Assembly: GCF_001194135.2 (NCBI RefSeq) | Contig: NC_068981.1 | Span: forward strand, 173,707,644 to 173,771,643 | Source of the DNA: Octopus bimaculoides | Lineage: Eukaryota | DNA: 64,000 nucleotides | Reading direction: 5' to 3' | Position numbers and translations under genes: made by a program | The notes under the pieces: generated by a model | Told to the model about the DNA's origin: nothing | Database searches by the model: none | The model's input: the letters and a program-made list of their open reading frames with translations, nothing else | Part shown: positions 23,119 to 36,790 of the stretch, in pieces | Numbering within the stretch: position 1 is the first letter of the stretch | Layout: the number at the start of each line of letters is the position of its first letter

Positions 23119-25053
23119 GTAAAGGAATTAAGTCGCTTCACAATTTTTACACAGAACTTTGGGGGATTATTTTTTGGGTCATGAAATAGGTGTTTTAATT
23201 CTTGTTTATTTTTATCGAGTATTTTCTATTGATAATTTCGTTTGAACTGAATGGTTTCTCAAGTTAATGTCTATTTCATTAGTCTGATAATTTAAAGAAA
23301 TGTACATATGTATATATATATATATAATAATATATCAACAGATGTAATTGAATACGTTGAATATTTCACTAGTTACTTCTACCTTACATATATTTATCTA
23401 TCTGCTTAAAAGAAATATTTAAAGTTATGTAATTATCTATAATTAAAATGGTTATGATCTTATTAGTTGTTCATCTCAATTGTTTTAAAAATAAAATTCA
23501 GCTGTTTCCTCCTTTCTTTTGTTTTTGTTGTTAAATTCAAAATATGACAAATATTTCAACACTTAATTCGACCTATCTCTCCCCTTCTCGTTATACGTAT
23601 GTATTTATACTTCACTTGCAGATAGAGCTATACATACGACTTAGGATTGGGTGTCAACTTTACAGATTTTGATTTCGTAACTGGGCGTACGCTAAAATAT
23701 ATCGCCAATACGTTATTACTTTACTGAATTATAATCTTTGATTATGAGACATGTTCTTGATCAGCGAATTAGACAGATAAACGATCAGTTACCAGATTTA
23801 TTAGACGCAAACTTCTGTTTAATTTTTGACAAAGTTTATTTTCCCTTCATGAATATAAGTGTCAAAAATGTATCTTGTGATTGAATTCATACCTAGTTTT
23901 CAACTTTGAACTTTGTATACGTATTTAAGTATCTCTTTTGTTCATGTTAGCTGAGTAAAATATAAATTATGGAAATTTAATGGATTTCCTTTCAGTTGTA
24001 TTTTAATTATTTTCGGAAATTTCTATTGAAACTAATTATTTTGTTGCTCTCCTTATCCAATCTAAACATTAAACGAGAAATGTAAAGAACAAAATCTGTT
24101 ATATGTGAATTTATTATTATTATTATTATTATGCTTATATATATATATATATATAACGTTCATAGTTGCTATAATTAAATGAATACTCATTACTGTATTG
24201 ATAGTTGCTCTCTTCAAAAGACATCTATTCACGTTATTCTGGTGGTGAAGATCGCCTTCGATACTAACTTTTTGACGAATCAGCATAAAAAAGGGGAAAT
24301 ATCCCCACCTGGTGATAGTAATGAGTTAATATTGTTTACAAACAGGTTTAATCGTATACAGAGATTGTCGACAAATCGTAAATTGTTATTCAGTCTTCCT
24401 TTTTACTTATGTCAACATGAACGCCTATCAATTTCATTACGATTAATCTCAATATCGTTTCTTTTCTTTTTATTATTCACTGTAAACTAGGTTGTATTTT
24501 GCTTTAATTTATGGGAAATTGTTAATTTATTTTAAACAATTATTTGTAAATGATAATTATACACTTCATAGTTATTTATATCACATTCATGTGAAAATAA
24601 ATATCAGTTGCTCAGATGCAACTAGTTTTTAACTAGATTTCATTACCTTATCACACTCCAGATAATAATCCAACTTTTTTTTTTATTATTTTAGCTGAAT
24701 AGGTTAAAATATTTTCTATTTTAATATATCGCATACTTAAGTTTGTTTCAATAAACTTAATTCTTTGCATTACAGCATTTCTGCAACACACTAGTCTACT
24801 TCAGCTGTGTGTCATATTACCGTTTAGTTCACTACAACATCTTTGATAAAGGTTTCTTTTTGTTTCTGCTAATCCTGTCACGAGTATACATAAAAAATTC
24901 GAGTTATTCAAATTATTAAACTTGGTTTCATAAATCTCTTTGTACGTTTGTATACTTACTTTGGTATAAGAACTTTTTTTGTTTACATTGTATAATTTTA
25001 TATTTTATGATTATATTCATAATTTTATTTTATTTTACTATTAGGTCTCAAGT

Positions 25054-25096
25054 ATGTTTATGATTGAATGGATTACCAACATCCTAAATTTTATGG
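25054..25096 (+). CDS. SAR1: SAR1 coding exon 1 (MFMIEWITNILNFM-G), amphipathic N-terminal helix
   Basis: Acceptor ttag at 25044, ATG at 25054, G|gtaaga donor; phase 1. Confidence 0.9.
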
Positions 25097-27599
25097 GTAA
25101 GAAAAAAAAACTTAATCATTATGTATATCAAATTGATTGATATGTAGTTAATGTAGTTTTCAAGGATTTAATATTTAAGAATGCTCAAACTACTACCAGT
25201 AATAATAGTAATATGATTTCGATTGATCTCTTTGATTTTACTAATTTATTACTGTTGAGGATAGCTTACTGCTACAGTTTTTTTTTTTTATTATAGTGGG
25301 TGGGTTATAAGCAGGCCATTATCATGCAACAGAATAAAGCATGTGTGGAGTTCATTTCTCAATAACTGATATCTTACAAACGAGTGACATAGTGTGTGTG
25401 TGTGTATGTAATGATAACCAGAATCCTGAGAATGATAGCAAAGTTCTCTGTATAGAGTTTAGGTAAGTAACCAAATAGATTTTGTTGGTCAGAAACCTAC
25501 AGCTACGTTATATTTTAGAAACGAGACATTCAAATAAAATTTCTTTTGGAGATTTAACAGTGTGTGTGCTTAAAAAAAAATAAAAGCATGTGAACGAACA
25601 CACACTTCTCTTTTATATATTAGATAAAATATAAGGGCATAGGAACGATCGTGTGAACAAATAGTCTTTCAGGAGCAAGTAACTCGTTATTTTCACTTAA
25701 TGTTTGCAAGATCTATTTTTACAACTGATCCAGCTGCTGAAAACTTGAATAATTTGGAACTACTGTTATGACTTATTTCAAGGCTTATATTTTTTATCAA
25801 TAAATAAGTACTATTTACCACAGAAGTTGTCAACAGTAGGAAGGGTATCCAGCTGTGAAAAAGCTATTGCCTCCATTATGACAAAAATATGAATGCAAAA
25901 TAGCAAGGCTCTGGATGTCAGTTCTTGTTGAATTCAATTTAGAGTAAGATTTTTATTGCCATATTTGACCACCCACTCTTGCAGTGATTCTCAACACCAT
26001 CTTTTACTGGAATTGTATTTTTACAAACACCCCATCCTTGCATTGGTAATCGAACACGTTAATTTTGTGCAGTGATTTATTATCCATATATTTTTATATT
26101 GTTCTATCGATCATCATATTTAATGTTCATGCCCTTCCTTTTAGATACTTGCATGGACTAGTACCTCTATGCTAAACTTATATAAATTACTGAAGAAAGT
26201 GTCAAATTCACCACAAAACCAAGGACATATTTAGATTTGCATTATTGGTGTACATGAATAAAAACAAAAAAGAATAAAGAACACTACTATTTAAATTTTA
26301 AATGAAATACTATTACGGTTGTTACTGATGTTAGTGAATCAGATCCATTTGTCAGTATTTGATTATTTTTAAGATTAAAAAGAAAAGTAAATATAAATGA
26401 ATTCAAGATATTCAAAAAATCCTCACATTTCAAAAACAATATTAACAATTGAAAAATAGTATTGGTTTCAACACTGGTGATTTTTGTTTCTTTAATGGAG
26501 TTTCACATTACTGTGGTTCAAACCACATTATTCGAATTTTAGGAAATGTACAGAACACAGATGTCATGGGTGCAAGTCACTGTCATCTCCATGATTGGAG
26601 TAATGTCCTCCATATAATAATTTTTTGTGAAAAAGAAGCCATGACAACTTATATAATCTGAAAGATAAGCTGAACAAGAAAAATCACAAATGCTTATCCT
26701 TATATATGAAATTCTGAATTTAGTTCTTAGACCCCCCCCCTCCCCAGTCCTACCTTTGTGGACCACAGATTGGGAACCACTGGTATAAATCAATGTGGTA
26801 GTTTATGTAGAGAAGTAACACATGTATATGGTTCAAAAATTTTTAAAAAAAACAAAATCTGACCACTGGTGCAAAAGAAAATATGGCGCAAAATGGGCTT
26901 AAGACCATCACTTATCATCCAGGCTAGAACTATTGTATTAGTGACTAACTTTTGAAACAAGAGACTTTTGCAAGAGAAATTAAATTCTAAAAATAATGTA
27001 TATCATTGAGTTAAGTAATTTCCTTATATTTTTACTTAATCTAGAAAGCTTAATTTTCTTTTAAAGATCAATGTAAAACAAACTACATGTATCTAAATGG
27101 AATGTAAGTTAAATAGAATTTCTGATGTCGTGTTTTATTTATCTCTGACTGGTATCATTTTAGAGGAATTTGAATTTTGCATATATTTCTGCAGTTATGC
27201 AAAACAAACTTATTTCAATTGAAAATCTCAAGTTAGCAATTCAGTTTTATTTTGTAATGTAAAGAGAGTACAATATCTAATATGTGTCACATGGTAAATT
27301 ATTTATTAATGACTAATTGGTTTGTGTACCAGAAAGTTTAGTTAAAGAATTGTAGTGTTACCAATTTGAAAGCCTGGTTATATGTACTAATTATGTGGCA
27401 CGTTGCCAATAAGTGTAGTTATATCTTAGTTTTTCAGGCAGAAAATTCACTTGATAACTAATTGAAGTTTTTGTTTGTTTTTACTCTAGCAACTTAAATT
27501 ATAGAATCAAATAGAAAATAAGTGCTACGGTTCTGCTAACCTTGAAATGCGATTTTACTTTCATATACACCAAAGAACAGTTAAAATTTTTGTGAGGTG

Positions 27600-27990
27600 C
27601 TGGCATGGCTGTGTGGTGAAAATGTCTACTTCTCAATCATGTGGTTTTGGGTTCAGTTCCACTGAACTGCACTTTGTGTCTTCCACAATAGCCCTGGGCT
27701 AACCAAATCCTTGTAAGTGGGTTCATTAAATAGAAATTAAATGAAGCCCATTGTACGTGTGTGTTTGTTTCTCCTTGTCCTGACATTGTGTGATAGTTGT
27801 AAAGCATCACCATCATACAAGTAATGATATTCATCACCAATCTTCTGTGTAAACATGTCTGGCCACAGTGAAATATTACCTTGCTTAGAAGCAGGTGAGT
27901 TTTGGCAACAAGAAGGACATCCGGCTGTAGAAAATCTGCCTCAACAAATTCCATATGAGCATAAAAAAAGTAGATGTTAAAACAGTGATG
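27600..27990 (+). mobile_element. SINE A-like head joined to a different body and RTE-type tail (same type as ~20985-21370 -)
   Basis: ggctgtgtgg...ggttcagttccactg head; gaaggacatccggctgtagaaaatctgcctcaac...gatgttaaaacagtgatg end. Confidence 0.65.
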
Positions 27991-28639
27991 AGGATGATTA
28001 ATTCTTTGCTACTTGCTTCATTTATCTGTAAGAATACATTCAGATCCTATTAAATTATCAGATGTATTTGACCTTGCATCATTTACTAACTTAGGAAATA
28101 TAAATAATAGAAGATTTGTCTCTACATATGTGGTCAATACTTGAATATTTTGCACTCATGACTATTGCAATCAACAGTATCTGAAAGAATTCACAGCAAT
28201 ATTTTGTGAAAATATTCACAAGAATTTTGTTTTCATTCTATTGCATTTAATTTTCCATAAATATTGTTATTCATCTGATGCATGACATTTCTAACTGTTG
28301 ATCTACATAATAGTAGTTAACATATTTAAATTAGGGAGCATTAAAATGTTAGAAAATAACTTTGAAGTCAAATCATAAGAAAGAAACGGTCTAAAATCTT
28401 TGACACAAAAAAAATGTGCCCTTCTAACTTCAATAGTTTCTGAGGTACCACAAGCAGACTGATATGCTATCAAACAAGCAAACTTGACAAAGACTAATTT
28501 TTCAGTGATTAGGAGCAATGATGGTTAGTAATACACAAAAAGTAGTGGATAAATATTGGTGTCAAAAAATTTGGACATGTGTCTGGATAAGATGGTGTTA
28601 AGGATATTTGATGTGTTAGCACCCACACCAGGCATAACT

Positions 28640-28985
28640 GCAGGGTAAGAAGTTTGCTTCTCAACCACTTGATTCCAGGTTCAGTCCCACTGTGTGGCAC
28701 CCTGGGCAAGTGTCTTCTACTATAGCCTTGGGCCAACCAAAGCCTTGTGAGTGGATATAGTAGATAGAAACTGAAAGAAGCCTATCATATGTCTGTGTTT
28801 GTACCCCACCACTGCTTAACAACCAATTGTGGTGTGTTTATGTCCCTGTAACTTAGCAGAATAAGTATTAGGCTTCAAAAAAATAACAAGTTCTAGGGTA
28901 AGTTCATTCGACTAAAACCCTTCAAGGTGGTGCCCCAGCATGGCCACAGTCAAATGACTGAAACAAGTAAAAGCTTAAAACAAAG
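28640..28985 (+). mobile_element. SINE family A copy (another, internally deleted copy at ~32205-32410)
   Basis: Head, CORE-like tgtggcacc.tgggcaagtgtcttctactatagc, and gactgaaacaagtaaaag tail. Confidence 0.85.
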
Positions 28986-29025
28986 ATAAAGATATTGTCT
29001 TATACAATTAGAAGTTTAATTTGTA

Positions 29026-29197
29026 GTGAAAGCACCTACTACACTCTCTGAGTGGTTGGCGTTAGGAAGGGCATCCAGCTGTAGAAACTCTGCCAAATTT
29101 AGATTGGAGCCTGGTGTTGCCATCCGGTTTCACCAGTCCTCAGTCAAATCCAACCCATGCTAGCATGGAAAGCGGACGTTAAACGATGATGATGATG
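29026..29197 (+). mobile_element. RTE 3' tail only (heavily 5'-truncated), young copy
   Basis: Near-identical to 59025-59190; (GAT)n end. Confidence 0.9.
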
Positions 29198-31182
29198 AAT
29201 ACTATTATTTTTCTCTTCATCTCTTCATGGAGAGACAGAAAAATTCCTTTGATTTTGTTCATCTGTTTTTGATTAATTTCATTCTTAACCTGTTTCAGCT
29301 TATTGTGTATTAAAGGTCACTAATAAGCTGGTTTCAGGCATGTTGGAGCTGTGACTCAGTGAATTAAAAGTATCAAAACATATATCCCTTTGGCCAAGTG
29401 CTTAAATGAATAATGACCTTATCTTGACATGGACCAGCTGGAAATAACTTTTAAAAATAAAAAAAAATTAAGAATTTCTACTTCATAATCTTTAAAATGT
29501 TGCAGTTTTGAGACATTGGTATTCTTTCAGCATAATGAAAATAATATGCCAAATCATTTTTTCATTTTCAGTTTAAAGTTCCTTTGGAATGGTGTTTTTT
29601 TTTTAATTATTTTTTAAATTCTACTCAGGCTTTGTTTGGTGACAAGTCTGCAATTTTACTTTATCCAGTTTTGTTGAAGTATAATAAAAACTATTAATTG
29701 TGGAGTTACTAAAAGCCTATTAACTAGACTTACTTTCAAATATATAAGTTCACAAATTACCTTGTTTTTAGTAAACTTCTACTTAGCTATTGCCCTTATA
29801 TGAGTAAGCCTCATTTTAAATATAAGTTTGAGAGTGCATTATAATAGAACTTCATAATATCCATTAAATTCTTATTCAGATATAAACCTTCAAATTCATA
29901 CCTACCTTAAGAGTTGCAGTACTCGTACTTTATTAGCACGGTTTTCAATGAAAAATTAATCTTTGGATTCACTTTGGCTACACACTTGAAATGTTTATTG
30001 ATTTCTTTGGGGAATTAACAATCCTTATTACTAGTTTAGGCTTCGGAGTGTAATAAAAGGTTTGTTTCTTTCTACTGGAACAGAGACACTGTAAAGGAAA
30101 AGAACCACTAACAACCAAAATAATAACTAATAACATAATAAAAAAAATACACTTTTAATTTAGAATAATAGTTTTCAACTGGGACCCATATGACTCTTAA
30201 GGGTCCATATAAGATTTTTGAGGATCCACACAAGCAAAATAGTAAATTGGGGACCCACAATAGTCTATTAAGGGGCCATGAAAAAAGTTTGCTTTAGATA
30301 TATTTATTGCAAGAAACAGCATCAACCTACATGAGTTAATGTATGAAAAGCAAAAAGGGAATTTTTTAAGAAGTATCTATGAAAAACATTGAATGGCCAT
30401 GGGTGTCCATCAGATAAAGTAGTAATCAAAGGAGTTCATAGGTAAATGATGGTTGATAACCATTGTCTTGGACTTTTTTATATTCGGGTTTCAGTATGAA
30501 ATTTATTTTAGACAATGTCAAGCTTAGATGCAATAATATTTATCTTATTACATTTGGAGAGTAATTTAATGGCAGGATCCTTATATTTTATTTATGTTGA
30601 GTTTATTGAAAAGCTATTGGAAGCAAGGACAGTTTTTAACATAAATTAAAAATCAATATTCTCTCGTAATTTTACCACTGAAATTTTTTTGAATTGAGAT
30701 TAGCAAAGCTGTTCATTGGATCTGAATATTTTTGATGCAGTTACTCTGCTAGTTAAATAATATTTTACTACTATTCTTTTTCAGCAATGGTTTTGGTAAA
30801 CAGCGTCGATTTTTATAATTCTGTAAATAATAATAATAGTATTTTTTAGCTTAAAGCTTGTAAGCAATCACTGTGTAATGACTGAAGAAAATAGTCTAAT
30901 AATGGGGCATATAAGCCCTCAATGGCAAAAGTAGGTTTTCCTGTATTTGTGGGACACAAACCCACATCTACTATTCTTATCTCTGAGTAGGGGAAAAAAT
31001 TTGGTAGAAGTGTTTAATTTCATTTCAATAATGACTTTTGTATTTATGAAATGTTTTGAGATATATCATTAAAATGTTAATTCTTTTGTACAGGAGATAA
31101 AGACATTTTAAATTAAAGCTTGTATAGAGAAACAAAGGAAAGTTTTCTTTAAGGTATAACTTAGTTTTCTTTTTGTTTTCAG

Positions 31183-31302
31183 GTTTGTATAAAAAATCTG
31201 GCAAACTCGTATTTCTTGGCCTGGACAATGCTGGAAAGACTACATTATTACACATGCTCAAAGATGAGCGAATGGCACAACATGTACCAACATTACATCC
31301 CA
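31183..31302 (+). CDS. SAR1: SAR1 coding exon 2 ([41 protein letters not shown]), P-loop
   Basis: ttttcag acceptor, A|gtaaga donor, 120 nt. Contains G1 GLDNAGKTT and the Sar1-specific PTLHPT. Confidence 0.97.
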
Positions 31303-33897
31303 GTAAGATAATCTCATATTCAATATGCATTTTTTTTTATTGTTACTTACAATTTTATTTTTTAAATTGTATGTTCTATTTTTATCTTTTTATGGTAATT
31401 AGCTTGTTTTCATATACATCATTAAAAATATAAATCATCATCATCAGCAAGACATTGACGTCATTTTTTTCTTTTGTATTTGTTTTTTCCCCCCTGCTTT
31501 CATGGTTTGAATAAGTCTTGCATCATTTTACCTGCTGTTGCAGTCTCTTGTCATCTGGTTTGTGACAATAAGAAAACTAATTTTCTTGTGGTGTGGTTTC
31601 TATGTCCAGATATCTTTTTCATAACAAGTAACTTTACAACAGACTGGGTGCATTTTATCATGCTTTCAACATCAATCTACAAGAGTACTAAAACCTCTCC
31701 CCTATCCCATATCTCTTTTTTTTTTTTTTTTATGCTGCTGTCTCTACCTCTATCTAATCTCTGATTAGAATAGTTGCTTTTATATTGTTTGGCTTGCCTA
31801 ACTTTCTACATGGGTTGATTGCATTATGGTTGAGACACCACATCTCTTCATGTTTTGCATATCTATAATGTATAAATTTATTTCGAATATGGTTAAAAGG
31901 GACATTCAGTCAGAGACTGATGGCATATTTAGTGACTATTGTGCTTAAAAGAATCATAACTTCTGGCATAATATAATTCTAAATACTTAATTTCTATGGT
32001 GTAATATATATCATCCTGTGTATGTAGGATAACAAAAAAAAATATTTAAAATCTTTTTTCAACTTTGTTAATCTTAATATCCATATTGGTTCCACAGTCC
32101 CTTTGAAAAAGACATGGTGGAATGAATGTCCTTGGGTCTATTGATAACAGATCAATATTTTATTTCTCTCTCTCTCTCTCTCTCTATGTATATATATATG
32201 AGAGAGAGGCATGGCTGTATGGTAAGAAGCTTGCTTCCCAACCACATGATTCTGGGTTCTGTCCCACTGCATGGCATCTTGGGGAATTGTCTTCTACTAT
32301 AGTCAAGTACTAGGCTTAGAAATAAGTCCTGGGGGACTATTTTTCGACTAAAACTCTTAAGGTGGTGCTCCTGCATGACCACAGTCAAATGATTGAAACA
32401 AGTGAAAGAATATATATATATATATATATATATATAAACACACACACACCAATCAGAGGTTGTTGACCTGTTTAGTGACTGCTGTACATAATTGTAACTT
32501 TTAACATATTCTAAATACTTTATATTTCTAATGTGTTTATATAATAAAGAAAAACCTCATGCAAAATGAATTATTTATTCAGTTCTACCTACTTTTCAAT
32601 ACCTGACCACATTATCAGTGTTGTATTGTAGAGTCACTGTGTATTTTGCATCTTATGACATATACCGTCATCCAGCCAACCCAACCTAGATGAACCAAGC
32701 CTACCCATCAATTACCTCTTTCCATCCAGAGCCATCTAAATGCTTTCTCAGTAGCCCATATACTGTTCTTATGGCTTTTCTACAGCCCCTTCCTGCAACC
32801 CCTCAACCCCATCAGAAAACACCCGATTCTCCACCCATCCTGCAACAGTCTACTACCAAATCTTGCTGCTTAGCTTTCCTCTTTCATGCCTCTGCCATTT
32901 TGTCCTTCAAGGTACAGTTAATTCCAATAGGATTTGTTGCCTATATATTCAAAATTAATTATTTACTAATATTCTGGTTGGCTGATCTTGCAGAAGAATA
33001 ATTAAAAATTATCAATCAAGTAATAAAGGCAGAGCTTTTATTAATTCCAGTTTTGTGAAATGATTAGCAAATATTCAGTAGATTTATTTTTTGTTTTTTT
33101 TTAACATCTGAAACCTTGGATCAAAAATTACAAAATAAAAAATATCTCAAGTATTCCTAAGTAGACATCTGGTTTTCATTTGATATGTAAATTAATACTT
33201 GTCATTCTCCTTCGTCTCTCTCTCACACATGAAATTACTCTTTTTACTTCCAACTTGCCTCTGTTCCATCACCATTCAACATATGTCCTCCATGCTGGCA
33301 TAAGTTGGATAGTTTGACAGGAGCTGACAAGCCAGAGGACTGCACCAAGCTCCACTGTTGTTTTGGCATAGTTTTCACAGTTGGATGCCCTTCCAAATGC
33401 CAATCACTTTACAATGTGAACTGGATACTTTTTATGTGGCACTAGCACCTGTGAGGTCACCAAGTAACTGTCAGAACAAATATCCTTTGAGAGGGGGTGG
33501 TATTGGAGGAGGTGGATTTGTGCCAAGTGAGAGATTGGAGTTGATGAACAGAAAAAAAGTTTGTCTTGCTGTAGAGGAGATACATGGTTACCCCAGTCAA
33601 AGGGGGTGAAAGGGAATAAGAGAGATGGTAGTGCTGTGCCAAGGCATACTCTCAAGGTACAGGGATGAGAATATAAAAATGAGATGGTTGAGTATTGCTG
33701 AGGGTACATGAATGAAAGTGGGGTGAGGATTTGAACTTGTAACCATGTGACAATTTTCTCTCTCTTTTTTTTCTTTTTTATCTTTAAAAAAATACATTAA
33801 TTTTCAAATTAAAATGTTCTTGACCAATATTTATGTAAACTGAATGTTAATCCAAATATTAATAACTCTTCATATGTTCTTTTTTTGTCTTCTTTAG

Positions 33898-33963
33898 CGT
33901 CTGAAGAGTTAACAATGGGTGGCATGAGATTTACAACATTCGATTTAGGAGGACATCAACAAG
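33898..33963 (+). CDS. SAR1: SAR1 coding exon 3 (SEELTMGGMRFTTFDLGGHQQ)
   Basis: tctttag acceptor, G|gtattt donor, 66 nt. Contains G3 DLGGH with the Sar1 catalytic His. Confidence 0.96.
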
Positions 33964-34199
33964 GTATTTTGTTTACTTTTGCTCTGCTTTACATGTTCTA
34001 ATAAAAAAATTTTTAATGAATTCTATATTTTAGGCTGGAATCAGTTATAAACCTTTGGTTTCTAAGATTAATTTCAACCAAAAGTTCTTGATCAAAATCT
34101 GATGCCATTGATTCACTTAATGACAAATGAACTGTGAAATATCAAGCAATTTAGTTTCCCTTACAAGTTTTTAATTACATAAGTTATTAACCTACTGAT

Positions 34200-34458
34200 C
34201 CCCATGGCAGTGGCACGTAAAAAACACCATCTGAACCTGGCCAATGCCAGCACCGCTTTGACTGGCTTCTGTGCTGGTGGCACATAAAAAGCACCAACCA
34301 ATCGTGGTCGTTGGTTGGTGTTAGGAAGAGCATCCAGCTGTAGAAACACTGCCAGATCAGACTGGAGCCTGGTGCAGCCTCCTGGCTTCCCAGACCCTAG
34401 TCGAACCGTCCAACCCATGCCAGCATGGAAAACAGACGTTAAACGATGATGATAATGA
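34200..34458 (+). mobile_element. RTE 3' UTR fragment in SAR1 intron
   Basis: Two gtggcac.taaaaa.cacc modules plus tail and (GAT)n. Confidence 0.9.
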
Positions 34459-34581
34459 TATTGGCATCACCAATCTTAAATTGTATGGTAACTTCATAGT
34501 ACAACTTCTACAAGCATATTAACCATTGTTGGGATTATTTTTTCTGTAATTTATCAGACATTTTAAAGTCTGCATTGTTAA

Positions 34582-34818
34582 TTCTTATTTTTTTTATTGC
34601 CCACAAGGGGCTAAACATAGAGGAGACAAACAAGGACAGGCAGAGTGATTAAGTCGATTACATCGACCCCAGTGTGTAACTGGTACTTAATTTATCGACC
34701 CCGAAAGGAAGGAAGGGAAAGTCAACCTCAGCGCAATTTGAACTCAGAACATAACGGCACACGAAATACCGCTAAGCGTTTCGCTCGGCGTGCTAACGAT
34801 TCTGCCAGCTCGCCGCCT
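34582..34818 (-). mobile_element. SINE family B, well-preserved copy
   Basis: Reverse complement: ggcggcgagctggcagaatcgttagcacgccg head, B-box-like gagttcaaattgcgc, aaataagaa tail; CpGs intact. Confidence 0.88.
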
Positions 34819-35032
34819 TCTCGTTATTAATTTTGATTTTCTTTTCTCGTGCTGGTTGGGCACGACATGATCAAGACAGCTGCAACTTATCCATGTAGAT
34901 AAAGTGTCCTACAATTTATTTTCTAAGTTTAAGATATATGCTAAGATGGTTTAGTTGTAATATCACTATGAAAGTTTACGTCTTGTTATTAAGTTTTCAT
35001 TGTATCTATCATTTTTTATTTCTTTTCCATAG

Positions 35033-35136
35033 TTAGACGAGTTTGGAAAGATTATTTCCCAGCAGTGGATGGTATTGTATTTCTTGTTGATGTTTGTGAT
35101 AAGGAGAGGTTCATTGAAGCAAAAGCTGAATTGGAT
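35033..35136 (+). CDS. SAR1: SAR1 coding exon 4 ([35 protein letters not shown])
   Basis: ttccatag acceptor, GAT|gtaagt donor, 104 nt. Confidence 0.96.
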
Positions 35137-35780
35137 GTAAGTTAAATTAATTTGGTTTCTAATAACATAAAATCGTTTTCATTTTTATCCCATTTGAACT
35201 TTTGTTTTTGACAATAGTGTTGATATTTATTTTACCCCAAAATAGTTTGTTTGATTGCTGTATTAGTATTGTCAAGTCACTCATGAGAAGACATGCTGTT
35301 TAGATTCATTTGTGCCATATTCATGACTATTTTATGGGTTCCTTTTCATTAAATGAAGTTGTGCTTCCTAAGGTAAAATCAATTTGCTGGAAAATGAATT
35401 TCGCAAGCAAAATTCAACTATCTCAACAATGATTATTTGTAGTTGGTATTTTCAGATTATTTTGCTAATGTCTTTGAGGAATTATATTCAATAAGGAAAA
35501 TGCATGATGGACATCTTTTCATATCAGTTTTTCAGTCACCATTACTGGCATCAATTAAATGTTAACACATATATGTATTTTAACTATTATAAGAACAGGC
35601 TGCATTTATTTACATTGTGATACTTTTCTTATATCCAATATTCTACATTACAATTAGTTTGCTCATTTTCTATTAAGTCTCTTAACTGGAACAAATGTAG
35701 AATTATCAAATCTTATACATAACCTAACCATAAAGATTAACCTTCAAATTGCATTTTCCTTTTGTTAATCCTTAATACAG

Positions 35781-35912
35781 AGTCTGCTGACAGATGAACA
35801 AGTTGCTAATGCTCCTATTTTAATTCTTGGTAATAAAATTGATAAAGCTGGAGCTGCCAGTGAAGATGAAATTCGCATTAGTTTTGGATTACATGCTCAA
35901 ACAACAGGAAAG
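35781..35912 (+). CDS. SAR1: SAR1 coding exon 5 ([44 protein letters not shown])
   Basis: atacag acceptor, AAG|gtaata donor, 132 nt. Contains G4 NKID. Confidence 0.96.
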
Positions 35913-36097
35913 GTAATATTTTATTTTAACTTTTCTTTTTTTGTTCTCTCATCCCCATTTTAGATCTTCCTTCTCAAGACTATGCAATTTTGCAACTACT
36001 TTGAGTTACATAACTTCATAATTCAAACTTTTGAGTTACCATTTAGCTTTTCAATATATTTCATCATTTTCTCTATGATTTATAAATATTAGATTAA

Positions 36098-36406
36098 CAG
36101 GCGCAGGAGTGACTGTGCGGTAAGTAGCTTACTTACCAACCACATGGTTCCGGGTTCAGTCCCACTGCGTGGCACCTTGGACAAGTGTCTTCTACTATAG
36201 CCTCAGGCTGACCAAAGCCTTGTGAGTGGATTTGGTCGTATATATGAAGGCCTTCGGCTTTAGGAAGGGCATCCAGCTCTAGAAACTCTGCCAAATTTAG
36301 ATCGGAGCCTGGTGTTGCCATCCGGTTTCACCAGTCCTCAGTCAAATCGTCCAACCCATGCTAGCATGGAAAGCGGACGTTAAACGATGATGATGATATG
36401 TGTGTG

Positions 36407-36445
<39 letters not shown>

Positions 36446-36503
36446 NNNNNNNNNNNNNNNNNNNNNNNNNNNNNNNNNNNNNNNNNNNNATAGATATATA
36501 TAT

Positions 36504-36545
<42 letters not shown>

Positions 36546-36548
36546 ATG

Positions 36549-36579
<31 letters not shown>

Positions 36580-36790
36580 ATGTTTGTGTGTCTGTGTTTG
36601 TCCCGCCAACTTCGCTTGACAACCGATGCTGGTGTGTTTACGTCCCCGTAACTTAGCGGTTCAGCAAAAAGAGACCGATAGAATAAGTACGAGGCTTACA
36701 AAGAATAAGTCCTGGGGTCGATTTGCTCAACTAAAGGTGGTGCCCCAGCATGGCCGCAGTCAAATGACTGAAACCAGTAAAAGAGTAAGC
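36098..36790 (+). mobile_element. SINE family A copy with an RTE tail (36255-36395) inserted at its internal (TA)n/(TG)n tract
   Basis: Head ggcgcaggagtgactgtgcgg; the body resumes after the microsatellite and N-gap. Confidence 0.85.

Noticed and set aside
31303-31433. Extension of the SAR1 ORF past PTLHP ([12 protein letters not shown]...)
   Set aside because: Intron read-through; a canonical donor at 31303 restores the Sar1 frame.
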